Virus record (IMG/VR): IMGVR_UViG_3300045988_174992
Reading direction: 5' to 3' (one strand)
DNA length: 64,000 nt
DNA from: a virus
Shown: piece after piece, positions 1 to 10,400 of the stretch
Position numbering within the stretch: the stretch's first letter is position 1
Layout: each line of letters opens with the position of its first letter
The notes under the pieces: model-generated
Told to the model about the DNA's origin: nothing
Seen by the model: only the letters and a program-made list of their open reading frames with translations
The model's database searches: none
Program-made: the position numbers and the translations under genes

Positions 1-1080
1 ATCTGTTCCACTTATTTCAACGGTTATAGCATTAGTTGTCAATACATCTGGTACTGATGCACTTAAATTCTTTATAGCTTGATATCTTGTTGAATTTTTA
101 TGGGAGTCATTCCAAAATATTGTATTTCCACCATCAGGTGATATTCCAAGCTCTATGTGCAAATATACACCTACATTCAATTCATTATATTCACAATTAT
201 CATTGGTAATAGCATTACCATTTACATCAACCCAATTTGCATGACAATAATAAAGAATATTAGGTTTTTGCCACCAAGAAGCTAATTTTATGGAATTTCC
301 AAGCTTTAGTAAATTTATAGTTTCTCCAATCTTAGTATAAATCTTAGATATGATTATCATACCATATCTGTTGTTTGTTGAGTTGTTAGGATTAACTGTG
401 AAATGTGTCCAAAAATCCTCTGTAGATTTATAGCAAGGTGTGTATTTATAATCATCGGTATAATCAACTATATAATTGCCATTATCATCATAAATACATT
501 TATAAAATTCATCTGGTTGATTAGGTTTTACTCTATACTTGTTTATTATAATATTATCTGTAGAAACCTTATAATTTTTAAATTCTTTTTCGTAAAGTTT
601 TTTAACTTTATCAATATCATCATTTGAAAAATCTGTAGATGCTTCTATTGTACCTGCACTATCAACATTCCCAGGTAATTTTATTGAATCTATGGATCCA
701 ATTTTAATATCATTAGCATCATTTGGTCCTATTACCAATATTTGCAATTCAGGTCTATGCCATAATGATGTTTCTCTATCAATCAAATTCATATATCCAT
801 TACCACCATTAGGATCAAATTCATGAATTTTATCACTAGAAGAATTGTCAGGAATTGGTTTGTTTCCTTGAATACCTCCTAAATCATCTTTTGTATCCCA
901 ATGAAATGATAATGTATTCTCTAAGCAATTGACATTAAATGAAGGCCATATTCTTTTTTTATCATATTTTAATTCATATCCATATCCATTATCTCCATTA
1001 GATTTATATCTCATCTGATGTACTTCATCAGATGATGTTTTCTTTCTATATATGAATCTACCATTTCGTATAACTACCAT
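1..1080 (-). CDS. hypothetical tail-module protein, partial (C-terminus lies beyond window start)
   Basis: Reverse frame checked codon by codon: open from ATG at 1080-1078 (MVVIRNGRFIYRKKTSSDEVHQMRYKSNGDNGYGYEL...) to base 1, 360 codons. Absent from the ORF track only because it has no in-window stop. Lies 20 nt downstream of the fibre gene. Confidence 0.6.
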   Translation of the reverse strand, partial: MVVIRNGRFIYRKKTSSDEVHQMRYKSNGDNGYGYELKYDKKRIWPSFNVNCLENTLSFHWDTKDDLGGIQGNKPIPDNSSSDKIHEFDPNGGNGYMNLIDRETSLWHRPELQILVIGPNDANDIKIGSIDSIKLPGNVDSAGTIEASTDFSNDDIDKVKKLYEKEFKNYKVSTDNIIINKYRVKPNQPDEFYKCIYDDNGNYIVDYTDDYKYTPCYKSTEDFWTHFTVNPNNSTNNRYGMIIISKIYTKIGETINLLKLGNSIKLASWWQKPNILYYCHANWVDVNGNAITNDNCEYNELNVGVYLHIELGISPDGGNTIFWNDSHKNSTRYQAIKNLSASVPDVLTTNAITVEISGTD

Positions 1081-1100
1081 ATCCTTATATTAAGTCAATT

Positions 1101-3707
1101 TTATTTGTTTCTTATGATGAATATTGTATTAACATCATTAGAGAGAGAACCGAGACCAGCAAAATCAGTTGTATTACCAGACCAAACATAGCTAAAGTTA
1201 GAGTCACCACCACGTCCGGTGAATTTAGGACTATAATTAGCATTGTAAAGAATACCTTGGGTATATTGCTTGAATTTTTCTTCAACTTTTCTGTTTACTA
1301 TATCATCCATCTGATCTATACTTATGAAATCATTTCTTGTAGAAGCATCACCATCATATATGAAATACAAAGTATTTGGGTCTACTTGTTTGATCTTTAT
1401 ATAATCAGCATATTCACCTTTCCACATATAAGTAGGACCAGTACCATTCAATATAGAAGTAACTATTGGTTTCTTATCTATGAATGCAATACCATCTAAT
1501 GTTGGTGCTCTCTTTATTTCAAAAGCATTTGATCGATCTATATTGTTTGTTCCCCAACCAACTGAGAATAATGTATTATCTGATGATTTATTCCAGTTAC
1601 CAGAAGCATGCTCACCAGGATTTCTTGTTTCAGTACCTAATCCTTCAGCATGAGAATAACTTGCTCCAGTATGGCAATAAGTACCCCATCCTTCTGCATG
1701 ACAGAAATAAGCATAAGCATTATTTGGAGAACCATAAGTATCACCGTAATTATTGAAATATTCTGCACCAGTAAACATTGGCTTTAATACTTCGGGATTT
1801 TCTGGATCATTTATCAATGGATAGAAATTTTTTCTACCAGCAGAATTTCTCATAACATAAGTAACTGTTGCTACCTGTGCTAGTTGTCTTCTAGTAATAC
1901 AGTAAGATGATTCATTGTTTGCAACAGTAGAATAAGGATAGTCTTCTACATAATCCCAAGTGTATATTCCTTTATAAAGATAGCTTATTCCGTTCTCTCT
2001 TACATCTAAAGCATTTGATTCTCCATTAACATCACCATTACCTATCATAAATATGGTGTTTTGCTTTTCTAACTTAGGTGTATCAGTATAAGAACGTGTA
2101 TATCTACCAAAACCAACTTCATAAGGAGATTGTAGTGTTATATTAGAACCATGAGCAAACCCATAAGTTGCATTTTCTTCAACTCTGATGTTATAACCAG
2201 AAACATTGACAAAATCTATTCCTTTTTGATTATTTTCAATGTCTCCACTGTTTATTTCTAATAAACTACCTCTTAAAACAGAATAATTTGCATAACTATT
2301 TATAAATTTTCCATTTACTTCAGAGTATATACCCTTTACACTATTTAAAGTACCATAGATTACTACATTTTCACTGTTTGTATATACAGTATTTTCATTA
2401 CCACCAACATGAACATATTTTGTATCACCTATACTCTTTCCTATTCTATTTGCATATCCTTCTATATGGCTTGTATAGGCATAAGTTAGATGGCCAACAC
2501 CTTCTATGTGAGATTCTTTACCAAAATTATTTGAATCTTTTCCTTCTACATGTGAATTTATAGCATAATTCTTATTATTCAATCCTTCTATATGTGAATA
2601 GTGAGAATTAGTTATTATACCTATATTTCCACCATTTACATTATTATCACCTTCTACATGAGAAGATTTTGAAAATGATATTCTATTGTTTGATCCTTCA
2701 ATATGTGAAGAATCAGACAATGCATTTATTGTATTAGTGTTTCCTTCAGCATGTGCATAAGGAGAATATACTTCAGTTTCAGCCCCTTCAGTATGAGAAT
2801 CCTCTCCTGCAGCTATAGTATGATTTCCTTCTGCATGAGAATTCTTACTTCTAGCTTCTGTATTGTAACCTTCTGAATGAGAATTTTCTCCTGATGCTTT
2901 TGTTATATTGCCTTCTGCATGGGTATTAGTAGATGTTGCTTGAGATTTGTAACCTTCAGCATGGCCATTTTCACCAACAACTAAAGTATTGTTACCTTCT
3001 GAATGGGCATTCTTTGCTCTGACTATTGTATTCAAACCTTCAGCATGTCCATTTTCACCAGTATTTTCTACTATTGTAGTATTTCCTTCAGCATGAGCAT
3101 TCTTTGCACTTATAGTTGTATTGTAACCTTCAGCATGGCTATTTTCAGCTTCAGGTTCTACTTTAGTTATATTACCTTCTGAATGTGATCCTTTGGCTTT
3201 TGCATAAGTATTGTTTCCTTCAGCATGAGAATCTTCTCCTATTGCATAAGTAATGAATCCTTCTGTATGAGAATTTCTGCCTTGTGCTTCAGATTTATCA
3301 CCTTCAGCATGAGAGTTCATTCCTCTAGAATAAGAAGAATTACCTTCAGCATGAGAATTCTCTCCTAATGAATAAGAAGAATTGCCTTCAACATGTCCAT
3401 TAACTCCATTTACAAATGTTTTGTATCCTTCTGCATGAGAATAATTTGATTTAGCAATAGTGCTATATCCTTCTGCATGGGAATATGCACCAAGTGCTAT
3501 ATTATTCTGAAGATCATTGAATATTTCACCATACGATAATGTACCTGGATATACATTACCAAATGGCATACCTTGGTGCCATATAGTACGATGGTTTACA
3601 TCAAATATCAATGAATCCCAATAAGAATATATCATCTTATCAGGAACAAAGCTATCATTTTTATAATCTGTACCGTGTATGTATGTGTAAAAAAGCTTGT
3701 TTGCCAT
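1101..3707 (-). CDS. tail fibre/adhesin with 14-aa xSHAEGxxTxAxG repeats (YadA-head/Hep_Hag-like beta-roll periodicity)
   Basis: 868-aa ORF with about 25 consecutive SHAEG/SHSEG/SHIEG units. Has RSNAFEI and NALDVRENG neck-like motifs and two copies of a YxWxG...NTxxFI C-terminal signature. Confidence 0.75.
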   Translation of the reverse strand: MANKLFYTYIHGTDYKNDSFVPDKMIYSYWDSLIFDVNHRTIWHQGMPFGNVYPGTLSYGEIFNDLQNNIALGAYSHAEGYSTIAKSNYSHAEGYKTFVNGVNGHVEGNSSYSLGENSHAEGNSSYSRGMNSHAEGDKSEAQGRNSHTEGFITYAIGEDSHAEGNNTYAKAKGSHSEGNITKVEPEAENSHAEGYNTTISAKNAHAEGNTTIVENTGENGHAEGLNTIVRAKNAHSEGNNTLVVGENGHAEGYKSQATSTNTHAEGNITKASGENSHSEGYNTEARSKNSHAEGNHTIAAGEDSHTEGAETEVYSPYAHAEGNTNTINALSDSSHIEGSNNRISFSKSSHVEGDNNVNGGNIGIITNSHYSHIEGLNNKNYAINSHVEGKDSNNFGKESHIEGVGHLTYAYTSHIEGYANRIGKSIGDTKYVHVGGNENTVYTNSENVVIYGTLNSVKGIYSEVNGKFINSYANYSVLRGSLLEINSGDIENNQKGIDFVNVSGYNIRVEENATYGFAHGSNITLQSPYEVGFGRYTRSYTDTPKLEKQNTIFMIGNGDVNGESNALDVRENGISYLYKGIYTWDYVEDYPYSTVANNESSYCITRRQLAQVATVTYVMRNSAGRKNFYPLINDPENPEVLKPMFTGAEYFNNYGDTYGSPNNAYAYFCHAEGWGTYCHTGASYSHAEGLGTETRNPGEHASGNWNKSSDNTLFSVGWGTNNIDRSNAFEIKRAPTLDGIAFIDKKPIVTSILNGTGPTYMWKGEYADYIKIKQVDPNTLYFIYDGDASTRNDFISIDQMDDIVNRKVEEKFKQYTQGILYNANYSPKFTGRGGDSNFSYVWSGNTTDFAGLGSLSNDVNTIFIIRNK
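2447..3482 (-). repeat. 42-nt periodic coding repeat array (SHAEG units) in fibre gene
   Basis: catgctgaaggt-type cores (read on the reverse strand) recur every 42 nt. Spurious alternative-frame ORFs arise from the periodicity. Confidence 0.7.
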
Positions 3708-3752
3708 TTTATATATGCTTTATAATCTATGCTTATATCTAAAAATAAAAAT

Positions 3753-3772
3753 GGGAAGCATTCCTGCTTCCC
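3753..3772 (-). terminator. intrinsic terminator after GT2 gene
   Basis: Stem gggaagca/tgcttccc with a 4-nt loop. On the reverse strand it is followed by TTTTTATTTTT. Confidence 0.6.
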
Positions 3773-3813
3773 ACCAATATAGATTATTTACATAAATTAT
3801 TTACATAGATTAT

Positions 3814-4809
3814 TTACATACCTGGCAAACTGTTCAAATCTGTCTTGATATACTTTGCTTTCATTTCCTTATTCAAATCTGGGTTCAATTCTGGATCCAT
3901 TTCTACATTATATGTGATATCCTTCCACTTATCTGGATAAATGAACTTAAGCATATATGTATTCAATTTTGACATTTCATCAAAACCTTCACATTCACTT
4001 GACTTGTTGTTCATAATGGCTTCCAAATCAATCATAGAACGTGTATACATGGCTTTAAGAAGCTGTCTATCATCTTTGAATCTTGGGAACAATTCCGCTA
4101 TAGCAGAAATAGTGCCAAGTCTTGTATCAACCCAATTAGTTCTGATAATAGAATTAGATGCCGCTCTGTAGTTGATTTGTGGAATTGGCATAATAACAAC
4201 TTTATTGCAATTGCTTATCCATACTGGAATTGTTCTTACATCTTCAAATGTTCTTACTGTTGAATAAGGATAGCTTTCCACAATCTTTCTTGTATACATC
4301 TTAGACCAAACATTGAACTTGATGAGATTGTCTTTAAATAAAGCTATCTCCATATCATGAGGATCAGTAAGCACAATCTTCTGTGGAGCCGTAGAATTAG
4401 ATTGCTGTCCATTCTGTTGATTGTATATGACACCATATTCTACAACATCAGCATTTTCAGATGTAATTGTATTGTAAGCATTTTCTACAAAGTCAAGATG
4501 AATATAGTAATCATCTGCATCCAAGAACATGAAATAATTTCCTGTAGCATTTTCAATACCAAACTTACGAGCACCACCACATCCAAGATTATTTTCAGGT
4601 TCTACTAGCTTAAACTTGAAATTATCTTTTGATGTATTGTTTATGATATTCTCAACAATATTTCTAGAATTGTCTTGTGATTTGTCATCTACCAAAACAT
4701 ATTCAATTTCACAACCATCTGGTACTTTCTGACCTAAAACAGAGCCAATAGCATTACCAATAAACGTCTGTGCATTGTAAAATGTTGTTATAATTGATAT
4801 CTTATCCAT
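3814..4809 (-). CDS. family-2 (GT-A) glycosyltransferase
   Basis: ISIITTFYNAQTFIGNAIGSVLGQK..YVLVDDKSQDNS..GCGGARKFGIENATGNYFMFLDADDYY matches the classic GT2 N-terminal signature with DxD. Confidence 0.8.
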   Translation of the reverse strand: MDKISIITTFYNAQTFIGNAIGSVLGQKVPDGCEIEYVLVDDKSQDNSRNIVENIINNTSKDNFKFKLVEPENNLGCGGARKFGIENATGNYFMFLDADDYYIHLDFVENAYNTITSENADVVEYGVIYNQQNGQQSNSTAPQKIVLTDPHDMEIALFKDNLIKFNVWSKMYTRKIVESYPYSTVRTFEDVRTIPVWISNCNKVVIMPIPQINYRAASNSIIRTNWVDTRLGTISAIAELFPRFKDDRQLLKAMYTRSMIDLEAIMNNKSSECEGFDEMSKLNTYMLKFIYPDKWKDITYNVEMDPELNPDLNKEMKAKYIKTDLNSLPGM

Positions 4810-4810
4810 G

Positions 4811-5452
4811 TTAGACTTCTAATTTTTTTAATTTGTTCATGGTAGGTGACATCACTATCTCTATAGTGTTTTCTGTGATACGTTGAGTAACATAGAATTT
4901 CCACCCATAAGCATTCATATCAGCTGGTACGGCATATCCTCTCTGTTTTTTAGATTTTCCTGTAGAATTAGGTTCACAATATTCTCCTGGCTTACACTTA
5001 CCATTATCACGTACAATTACTTTACCAATCAAATTTACTCGTACCCATTCTTTACGATTACTACGTTTTACATATTCTTGCTTTGGATCATAATATTGAC
5101 TTGGTACCTGTACATAATGATTATATGGTCTAGTGTGAATATATGAAAACTCTTCTACTTGGTCATACTCTTTTACACCAATAGCAATCTTATCATTCTT
5201 CAAAAACTTATCACCAACTTCATTACACATATATGCATATTTCCAATTGTTTGGATCATCTGAAGTATGTGACGTTTGAATAGTTGTTACACCAAGAATC
5301 TGTTCATCAGAACCAGATTTTACAGGTTCTATCTTATCAGGATTTTCAGAAGAAAATGTAACAAAGAGTCCATAAGGACTCTCTGCTGGTATCTCGGCCC
5401 ACTCATACATTTCTGAATATCCAACTGGATTAATGTATTCGTTATCTTGCAT
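4811..5452 (-). CDS. stand-alone Peptidase_G2 / intramolecular-chaperone (IMC)-like domain protein
   Basis: GYSEMYEWAE..YGLFVTF..ILGVTT..YDPKQEYVKRSNRKEWVRVNLIGKVIVRDNGKCKPGEYC matches my recollection of the fibre C-terminal autoproteolysis domain (DYAEMFEW..FVTL..ILGVVS..R.EW..VGLLGQ..VRDDGTC). Confidence 0.55.
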   Translation of the reverse strand: MQDNEYINPVGYSEMYEWAEIPAESPYGLFVTFSSENPDKIEPVKSGSDEQILGVTTIQTSHTSDDPNNWKYAYMCNEVGDKFLKNDKIAIGVKEYDQVEEFSYIHTRPYNHYVQVPSQYYDPKQEYVKRSNRKEWVRVNLIGKVIVRDNGKCKPGEYCEPNSTGKSKKQRGYAVPADMNAYGWKFYVTQRITENTIEIVMSPTMNKLKKLEV

Positions 5453-5455
5453 TAT

Positions 5456-6055
5456 TTACTCACCATACATATATTTGATTTGAGCATCCAATGTTGGACG
5501 AATCTTCTCCATATATAGAAGAAGATTAGCTGCCTCTTCACGTGGTTTAATAAGACTATACCAATCCTTATACAAATCACTCTCCTTCTTATCCTTAATC
5601 TGCTTAGATGTAAGAATAAACTTAGTTGGCATTGTATCCAAATATGGACTTACAAATCTAGCAAAGTCAGATCCAGAAATTGCATTTGGCAACTTAATTG
5701 TCATAATAGGATTGACCATAGCATTCTCTGCAGCCATCTCTACTGCTAGATCTTCATCCTGTCGATTGTCAATAGGATTCTGTCGTGATACACCTACAAA
5801 CAATACATAGCGCTCTAAAGGGTTTTTACTTGGACCATTCATCTTATAGAGCTTACCTACGAAGGTACTTGCGCAATATGTACCCTTCATAACAGCTCTT
5901 CGTCCGTTATCTAACACAGTTTCCTTTTCACAACTTCGATCAGTATGAATATCTGAAACAACAAACTCATCAACCAACTTCTTTGTACGAATTGTAAATG
6001 GATCTGGCTTAGCACCAATAATTGCATAAGCCTCTTCTAAAGGAATATTCTGCAT
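5456..6055 (-). CDS. hypothetical protein
   Basis: 199-aa ORF tightly packed with its neighbours. Promoter-like motif at 6116-6150 upstream. Confidence 0.6.
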   Translation of the reverse strand: MQNIPLEEAYAIIGAKPDPFTIRTKKLVDEFVVSDIHTDRSCEKETVLDNGRRAVMKGTYCASTFVGKLYKMNGPSKNPLERYVLFVGVSRQNPIDNRQDEDLAVEMAAENAMVNPIMTIKLPNAISGSDFARFVSPYLDTMPTKFILTSKQIKDKKESDLYKDWYSLIKPREEAANLLLYMEKIRPTLDAQIKYMYGE

Positions 6056-6148
6056 TTTTAAATAGTATTTAATTAAATTATTTTATTTAAACATGTACAT
6101 ATTATCATGCACAATTATAATATAGAAATATATGAACTAAAAATTCAT

Positions 6149-6679
6149 TTATCTCGGTAACTTTTTAATATAATGTTCTGAATTACCTTTACAAAGCTTA
6201 ATCAAGGTTTCTGTAAATGCATCTTCAAAATCAGATGGATTTTCAATACCTTCCTTTTCTTCATATTCATTAAGCAATTCATCTCTGATACGATCAGCGA
6301 TATTCTTTGTTTCAATTGGTTTGAACATGATTGCATTAGTCCAATCATCAAGACGTTTCTCTTCAGAATTGTACCATCCTGGTTTTAGTCCACTATCTGG
6401 ATGTGGAATACAATATTCTGCTATACTAGGAATTGCAATGAATCCATCATTTTCCATAGTAAGAACTTTTACCCAATCAAGTTCAATTCCATTATTTCTC
6501 ATAACAAAATAATCTTCAATTGGCAGCCATCCTTCCAACTTCATCAAATTAATGAAATTACCAGCCAATCCACTACCAACAATAGTATCATGTGTCAATT
6601 TATTCTCCATATTATTTAAGAATTTACAAGTTATTATGAAATCTAATTTTCTCAACAATTTAAATAAGAAATTCATCAT
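6149..6679 (-). CDS. hypothetical protein (true start possibly the internal ATG at 6610, MENKLTHD)
   Basis: 176-aa ORF. The first 23 codons overlap the upstream gene end. Confidence 0.55.
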   Translation of the reverse strand: MMNFLFKLLRKLDFIITCKFLNNMENKLTHDTIVGSGLAGNFINLMKLEGWLPIEDYFVMRNNGIELDWVKVLTMENDGFIAIPSIAEYCIPHPDSGLKPGWYNSEEKRLDDWTNAIMFKPIETKNIADRIRDELLNEYEEKEGIENPSDFEDAFTETLIKLCKGNSEHYIKKLPR

Positions 6680-6935
6680 TCTTTCTTTTTACATTACATT
6701 CATTCAGTATGTCATAAGGCAATGAATCTTCTGGTAATTTAATACCATATTTCTTGAAATTATGATATGACTTTTTACAAGCATGATTATATATCACACA
6801 AAAAGCTTGTTCTTTTGTTACTTTCGTGAATAATTTTCCACATATTGGACACTTACATACATCACCTATATTCGCATTCTTATTCTCATTATATTGTAAT
6901 GTAATGATGTTATCTATTTCTTTATTTACATCCAT
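6660..6935 (-). CDS. small Cys-rich (zinc-ribbon-like) protein
   Basis: 91 aa containing CKCPICGKLF plus downstream C..C/H residues. Confidence 0.5.
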   Translation of the reverse strand: MDVNKEIDNIITLQYNENKNANIGDVCKCPICGKLFTKVTKEQAFCVIYNHACKKSYHNFKKYGIKLPEDSLPYDILNECNVKRKNDEFLI

Positions 6936-6947
6936 TTTATTTCTTAT

Positions 6948-7370
6948 TTAAGTCCATTCTACAAAAGCATTCAACTCAAATCCAGAAAGCATCTCTCCAT
7001 GAGTTGCCTTCCACCAAGCATCTTCTACATCATCTGCAATCCAAATAGCTTCTGAATCATTATGACCAGGAAGAACAATAGAAGTACGTGACCAAGTATC
7101 TTCAGAATCATCATACTTTACAAAAATCTTAGTGTTAGTAGGAATATGGATGAATTCATCCTGAAGATATGTCTCATTATTTTCAAGAATAATATCATGC
7201 ATATTGAAATGAATAGGAGTACCTTGAAGAATTTCCTCATGATTCTCAATCTTCTTGAGAAGTTCATCAAAGGTAATTCCTTCAGTAGGATATTCACCAA
7301 AAGTTACCTTTTCATTTTCAACTACGTTTACTATTTCAGGATATACAAAATTCATCATAATTTTATTCAT
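6948..7370 (-). CDS. hypothetical acidic protein
   Basis: 140-aa ORF, first gene of the reverse-strand block, next to a divergent promoter region. Confidence 0.55.
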   Translation of the reverse strand: MNKIMMNFVYPEIVNVVENEKVTFGEYPTEGITFDELLKKIENHEEILQGTPIHFNMHDIILENNETYLQDEFIHIPTNTKIFVKYDDSEDTWSRTSIVLPGHNDSEAIWIADDVEDAWWKATHGEMLSGFELNAFVEWT

Positions 7371-7384
7371 TATTTGTTTGACAT

Positions 7385-7417
7385 TATAAATATAGAATAT
7401 ATAAAAAGAATTTCAAA
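7385..7417 (-). promoter_or_regulatory. Bacteroidota-type -33/-7 promoter-like motif (rc: TTTGAAAT-N-TTCTATATTTATA)
   Basis: Member of a 14-site family with plus-strand core ATATAGAA followed by AATTTCAAA. Lies upstream of reverse gene 6948-7370. Confidence 0.5.
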
Positions 7418-7425
7418 TTAATTTT

Positions 7426-7439
7426 GCAATTTTTATATA
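7426..7439 (+). promoter_or_regulatory. GCAATTTTTATATA box (late-type promoter candidate)
   Basis: Same box lies 17-30 nt upstream of the ATGs at 7469, 24519 and 57141. Variants lie before 26464, 35678 and 49654. Confidence 0.4.
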
Positions 7440-7468
7440 TAAAGTTTAAAACAAGAAAATCTTTTCAG

Positions 7469-10400
7469 ATGGCAATATACGTTAAGAAAACTGGCAATCA
7501 AGATATTGGTGCAATAAAATTAGTAGATTCAAAGACAGATAAGCTTAAAGATATAAATGCAGTCTTTTGGAAAAATATGATGATTTGGCCAAGAGATTCA
7601 AAATATCTTTTCTGGAGCTCAAACAACAAAAACCATGATTTCATTTCTATTGATTCTGCTTTTGACAGAAATGGAATACATGTAAGTGCCGCTAGTCATG
7701 TTGTGACAATATACGTCAGATCTTGTGTAAAATACTGGCATGGAAGATACCCATTCAAAGTAGTACCTTATCAGAACTGGGTAACAGCTCCTAATATAGT
7801 ATATCCTATAGGATGGAACATAAAGACAGCTACTAAGCATGAATATGACGCTTTGTTTGATTTGAACATATCTGGTAATGTATCTACTTCAAGTTCTAGA
7901 ACTACTTATGTATCATTATGGCAAATTGACAGTAAAGATGAACATATAGATACTTCTGCATCTAAATATTCTGGAAAGCAAATAGTGATAAAGATAGTTC
8001 AAGATAAAGATGAAGAAGATCCAAATGCACAACCATCTTATGCAAATGCCATAATCACTTGGTATAAAGATGAGACGTTTTCTGATGAAGTAAAAGAATA
8101 TGGTACCGAAAGCAATCCTTATGTAGATGTGAATGGCAAATCTATTTCTCTGTATTGCAACATAACAGGCACAGTAAAGATGATGTCAGGAAACACAGCA
8201 AGATGTTTCTATGGTGACCATTATGGAGATGTAATTACTATAAATGAACTTAACATAGATAAGAATGCAATGTCATTGGAAAGTTCAGAATATCTTGGTG
8301 ATGGAAACTGGAGGATAAATCTGAAAATGAAGAGCAATGTTCCTACTAGTGCTAACTATACAAATGTAATAAGAGATCTTACATTGTCATCCAGTAGAGT
8401 AGACTATACTGGTGATATTGTTACAATGACCTGGAAAGTGTTTAATGAGGCAAATACTTTGACAAGATATTCCAATGTTGGTTTCTTACTTGGCAGAACA
8501 TATACTTCAACTACTAAGGTTTGGCAACAAGGTGGATATGCAAGTAACCAAGTAACTAATGTAACATGTTCTACTTGGGTGTCAAAAGAAGTTGCAAAAT
8601 GGATAAGCATATCAAATCCACAGATAAATTCTGCTACTTCTTCTTATTATGCCAAAGTAACAGTAAATCCACAGACTACTACTGAAAAGATGTATATTGA
8701 AAACATCAGTACATCTTACGATGATGATATAATTCCTGCAACTGATACATTGTTCCAAATAATGTTTATGATATTCAAAAACACAGGTTATTATGCAGGA
8801 AGAAAGGGTATCATAAATGTTACTTGTGTTTCTGATACTAAATCTGTAGAATTGACCCAAACGGAGCATTCTGGTACATCTTTTAATAAAATTACAGATA
8901 GAGATATAGATAAGAAAAAGATATCTATAGCAGGAATAGTTCCTAATTCTTACTATTCAAACATGATAACTAGCATTACAAACTTAAGATATGATTACAA
9001 TTATCTCATGTGGCTAGCTGATGTTTCCGTTACAAGAAATCCTAAAAAAGTTTTGAATCATGAATTGTCAGTCAACTCTTATCCTAAGGCAGTATCATCA
9101 AAATCCCAGTATCTTGAAATAACTTGGTCTATCATAACTGGTGAAGTGAATTCTTCTCCACGTTATGGAAAGATAAAATTCTCTATTCCTGATTACCATT
9201 GTGAAGATTACTATGATGTAACACAAAACGGTTCTACTGATGCACAAGGAGCTAAGTTTGATAAAGACTATTTAAATAATTCAAAACTATATAATATCAG
9301 TGACAATATTGTTTCTTCATCAACAACTAGTGATCCAAATACAAATCCAAATAGTCCTGGAATAATAAAATTAACTGATAATTTTTACACTGGCACTATA
9401 AAGATAAATGAGAATACTAAACATAATAATACAGTTGCATATATAAAACCAACAGAAATAACTGATTGGTCAGTTTCTGATTTTGACAATTACAACAATG
9501 CTGCATTCTATATAAGGATAAAAGGAAAGAATGTATATATTGGTATTGACAGAAATGTAAAGATAAAGTTGGAAATTACTGGAATAGGTTCAAAAGAAGA
9601 TACTATATTGCAAGAGAAAGCACCATCTGTAGACAGTAATACTTTAGCCAATGTAACAGATTTAGATGTTTCTTCTATTAAGATATCCGGTGAAGCAACA
9701 ACAAACAAATTACCTTATCTTATAACAAATGAAATGTACTGTGTACCTATCATACTGAATAAGAATGCTGTACCTACAAGATATGATTATGCCGTTGTTG
9801 TTGGTTCAAAAGAATATCCTGGATCATTTGATTATGGAGATTATGGTGATATTAATCTTACACCAGAAGATTCAACAGAATATTCAATACCTAACTATGA
9901 CAACATGTATACAGCTGTAACTTCTTGGTGGAGAAGACAAGGAGAAGAAAAGACAAGAACAGTAATATTATCTGTTGATGGAATAACCCAATCTATTACA
10001 AATACATGGACTGGTATAAAATATCAAGGAGACCAGACTTACAGATCTAATTTGTCAGAAGATTATTCTCTAACATTATCTGACTACAACCAACAATGGA
10101 TATCATTGAACCAAAATAATTTGATTTCTTCTTCTAACAGTACTTCTAGTACAAGAAGAATAGGTTTGACAGATACTCTATATCTTGATGATTTAAAACA
10201 GAAGAATCTGAAATTGTCTTTAAAGCAAGAACCAAGAGGAACCAGTACGAATTTCTTGTTTTCTTCTTCATTAGAATATGGAACTATAAAATATCTGAAT
10301 GCTACTGATAGTGCTTCATTCATGATATATAGTTTAGATGATGACTTAATGAAACCATTAGATATAAGTTGGACACCTACTGAGTTCAACAACATGATAT

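Noticed and set aside
403-627. Forward ORF 403-627 and other short hydrophobic or low-complexity ORFs antisense to long genes (for example 51162-51466 opposite the portal tail and 49681-50784 opposite the portal)
   Set aside because: They are nested antisense within long, well-supported ORFs, and their composition reflects the complement of AT-rich or acidic coding sequence.
7424-7468. N-terminal extensions in the ORF track that start at TTG or GTG (7424, 24501, 41094, 13551, 24422, 43592)
   Set aside because: Each extension runs through a conserved promoter motif or overlaps the upstream gene. An in-frame ATG follows with sensible spacing, so the ATG starts were used.
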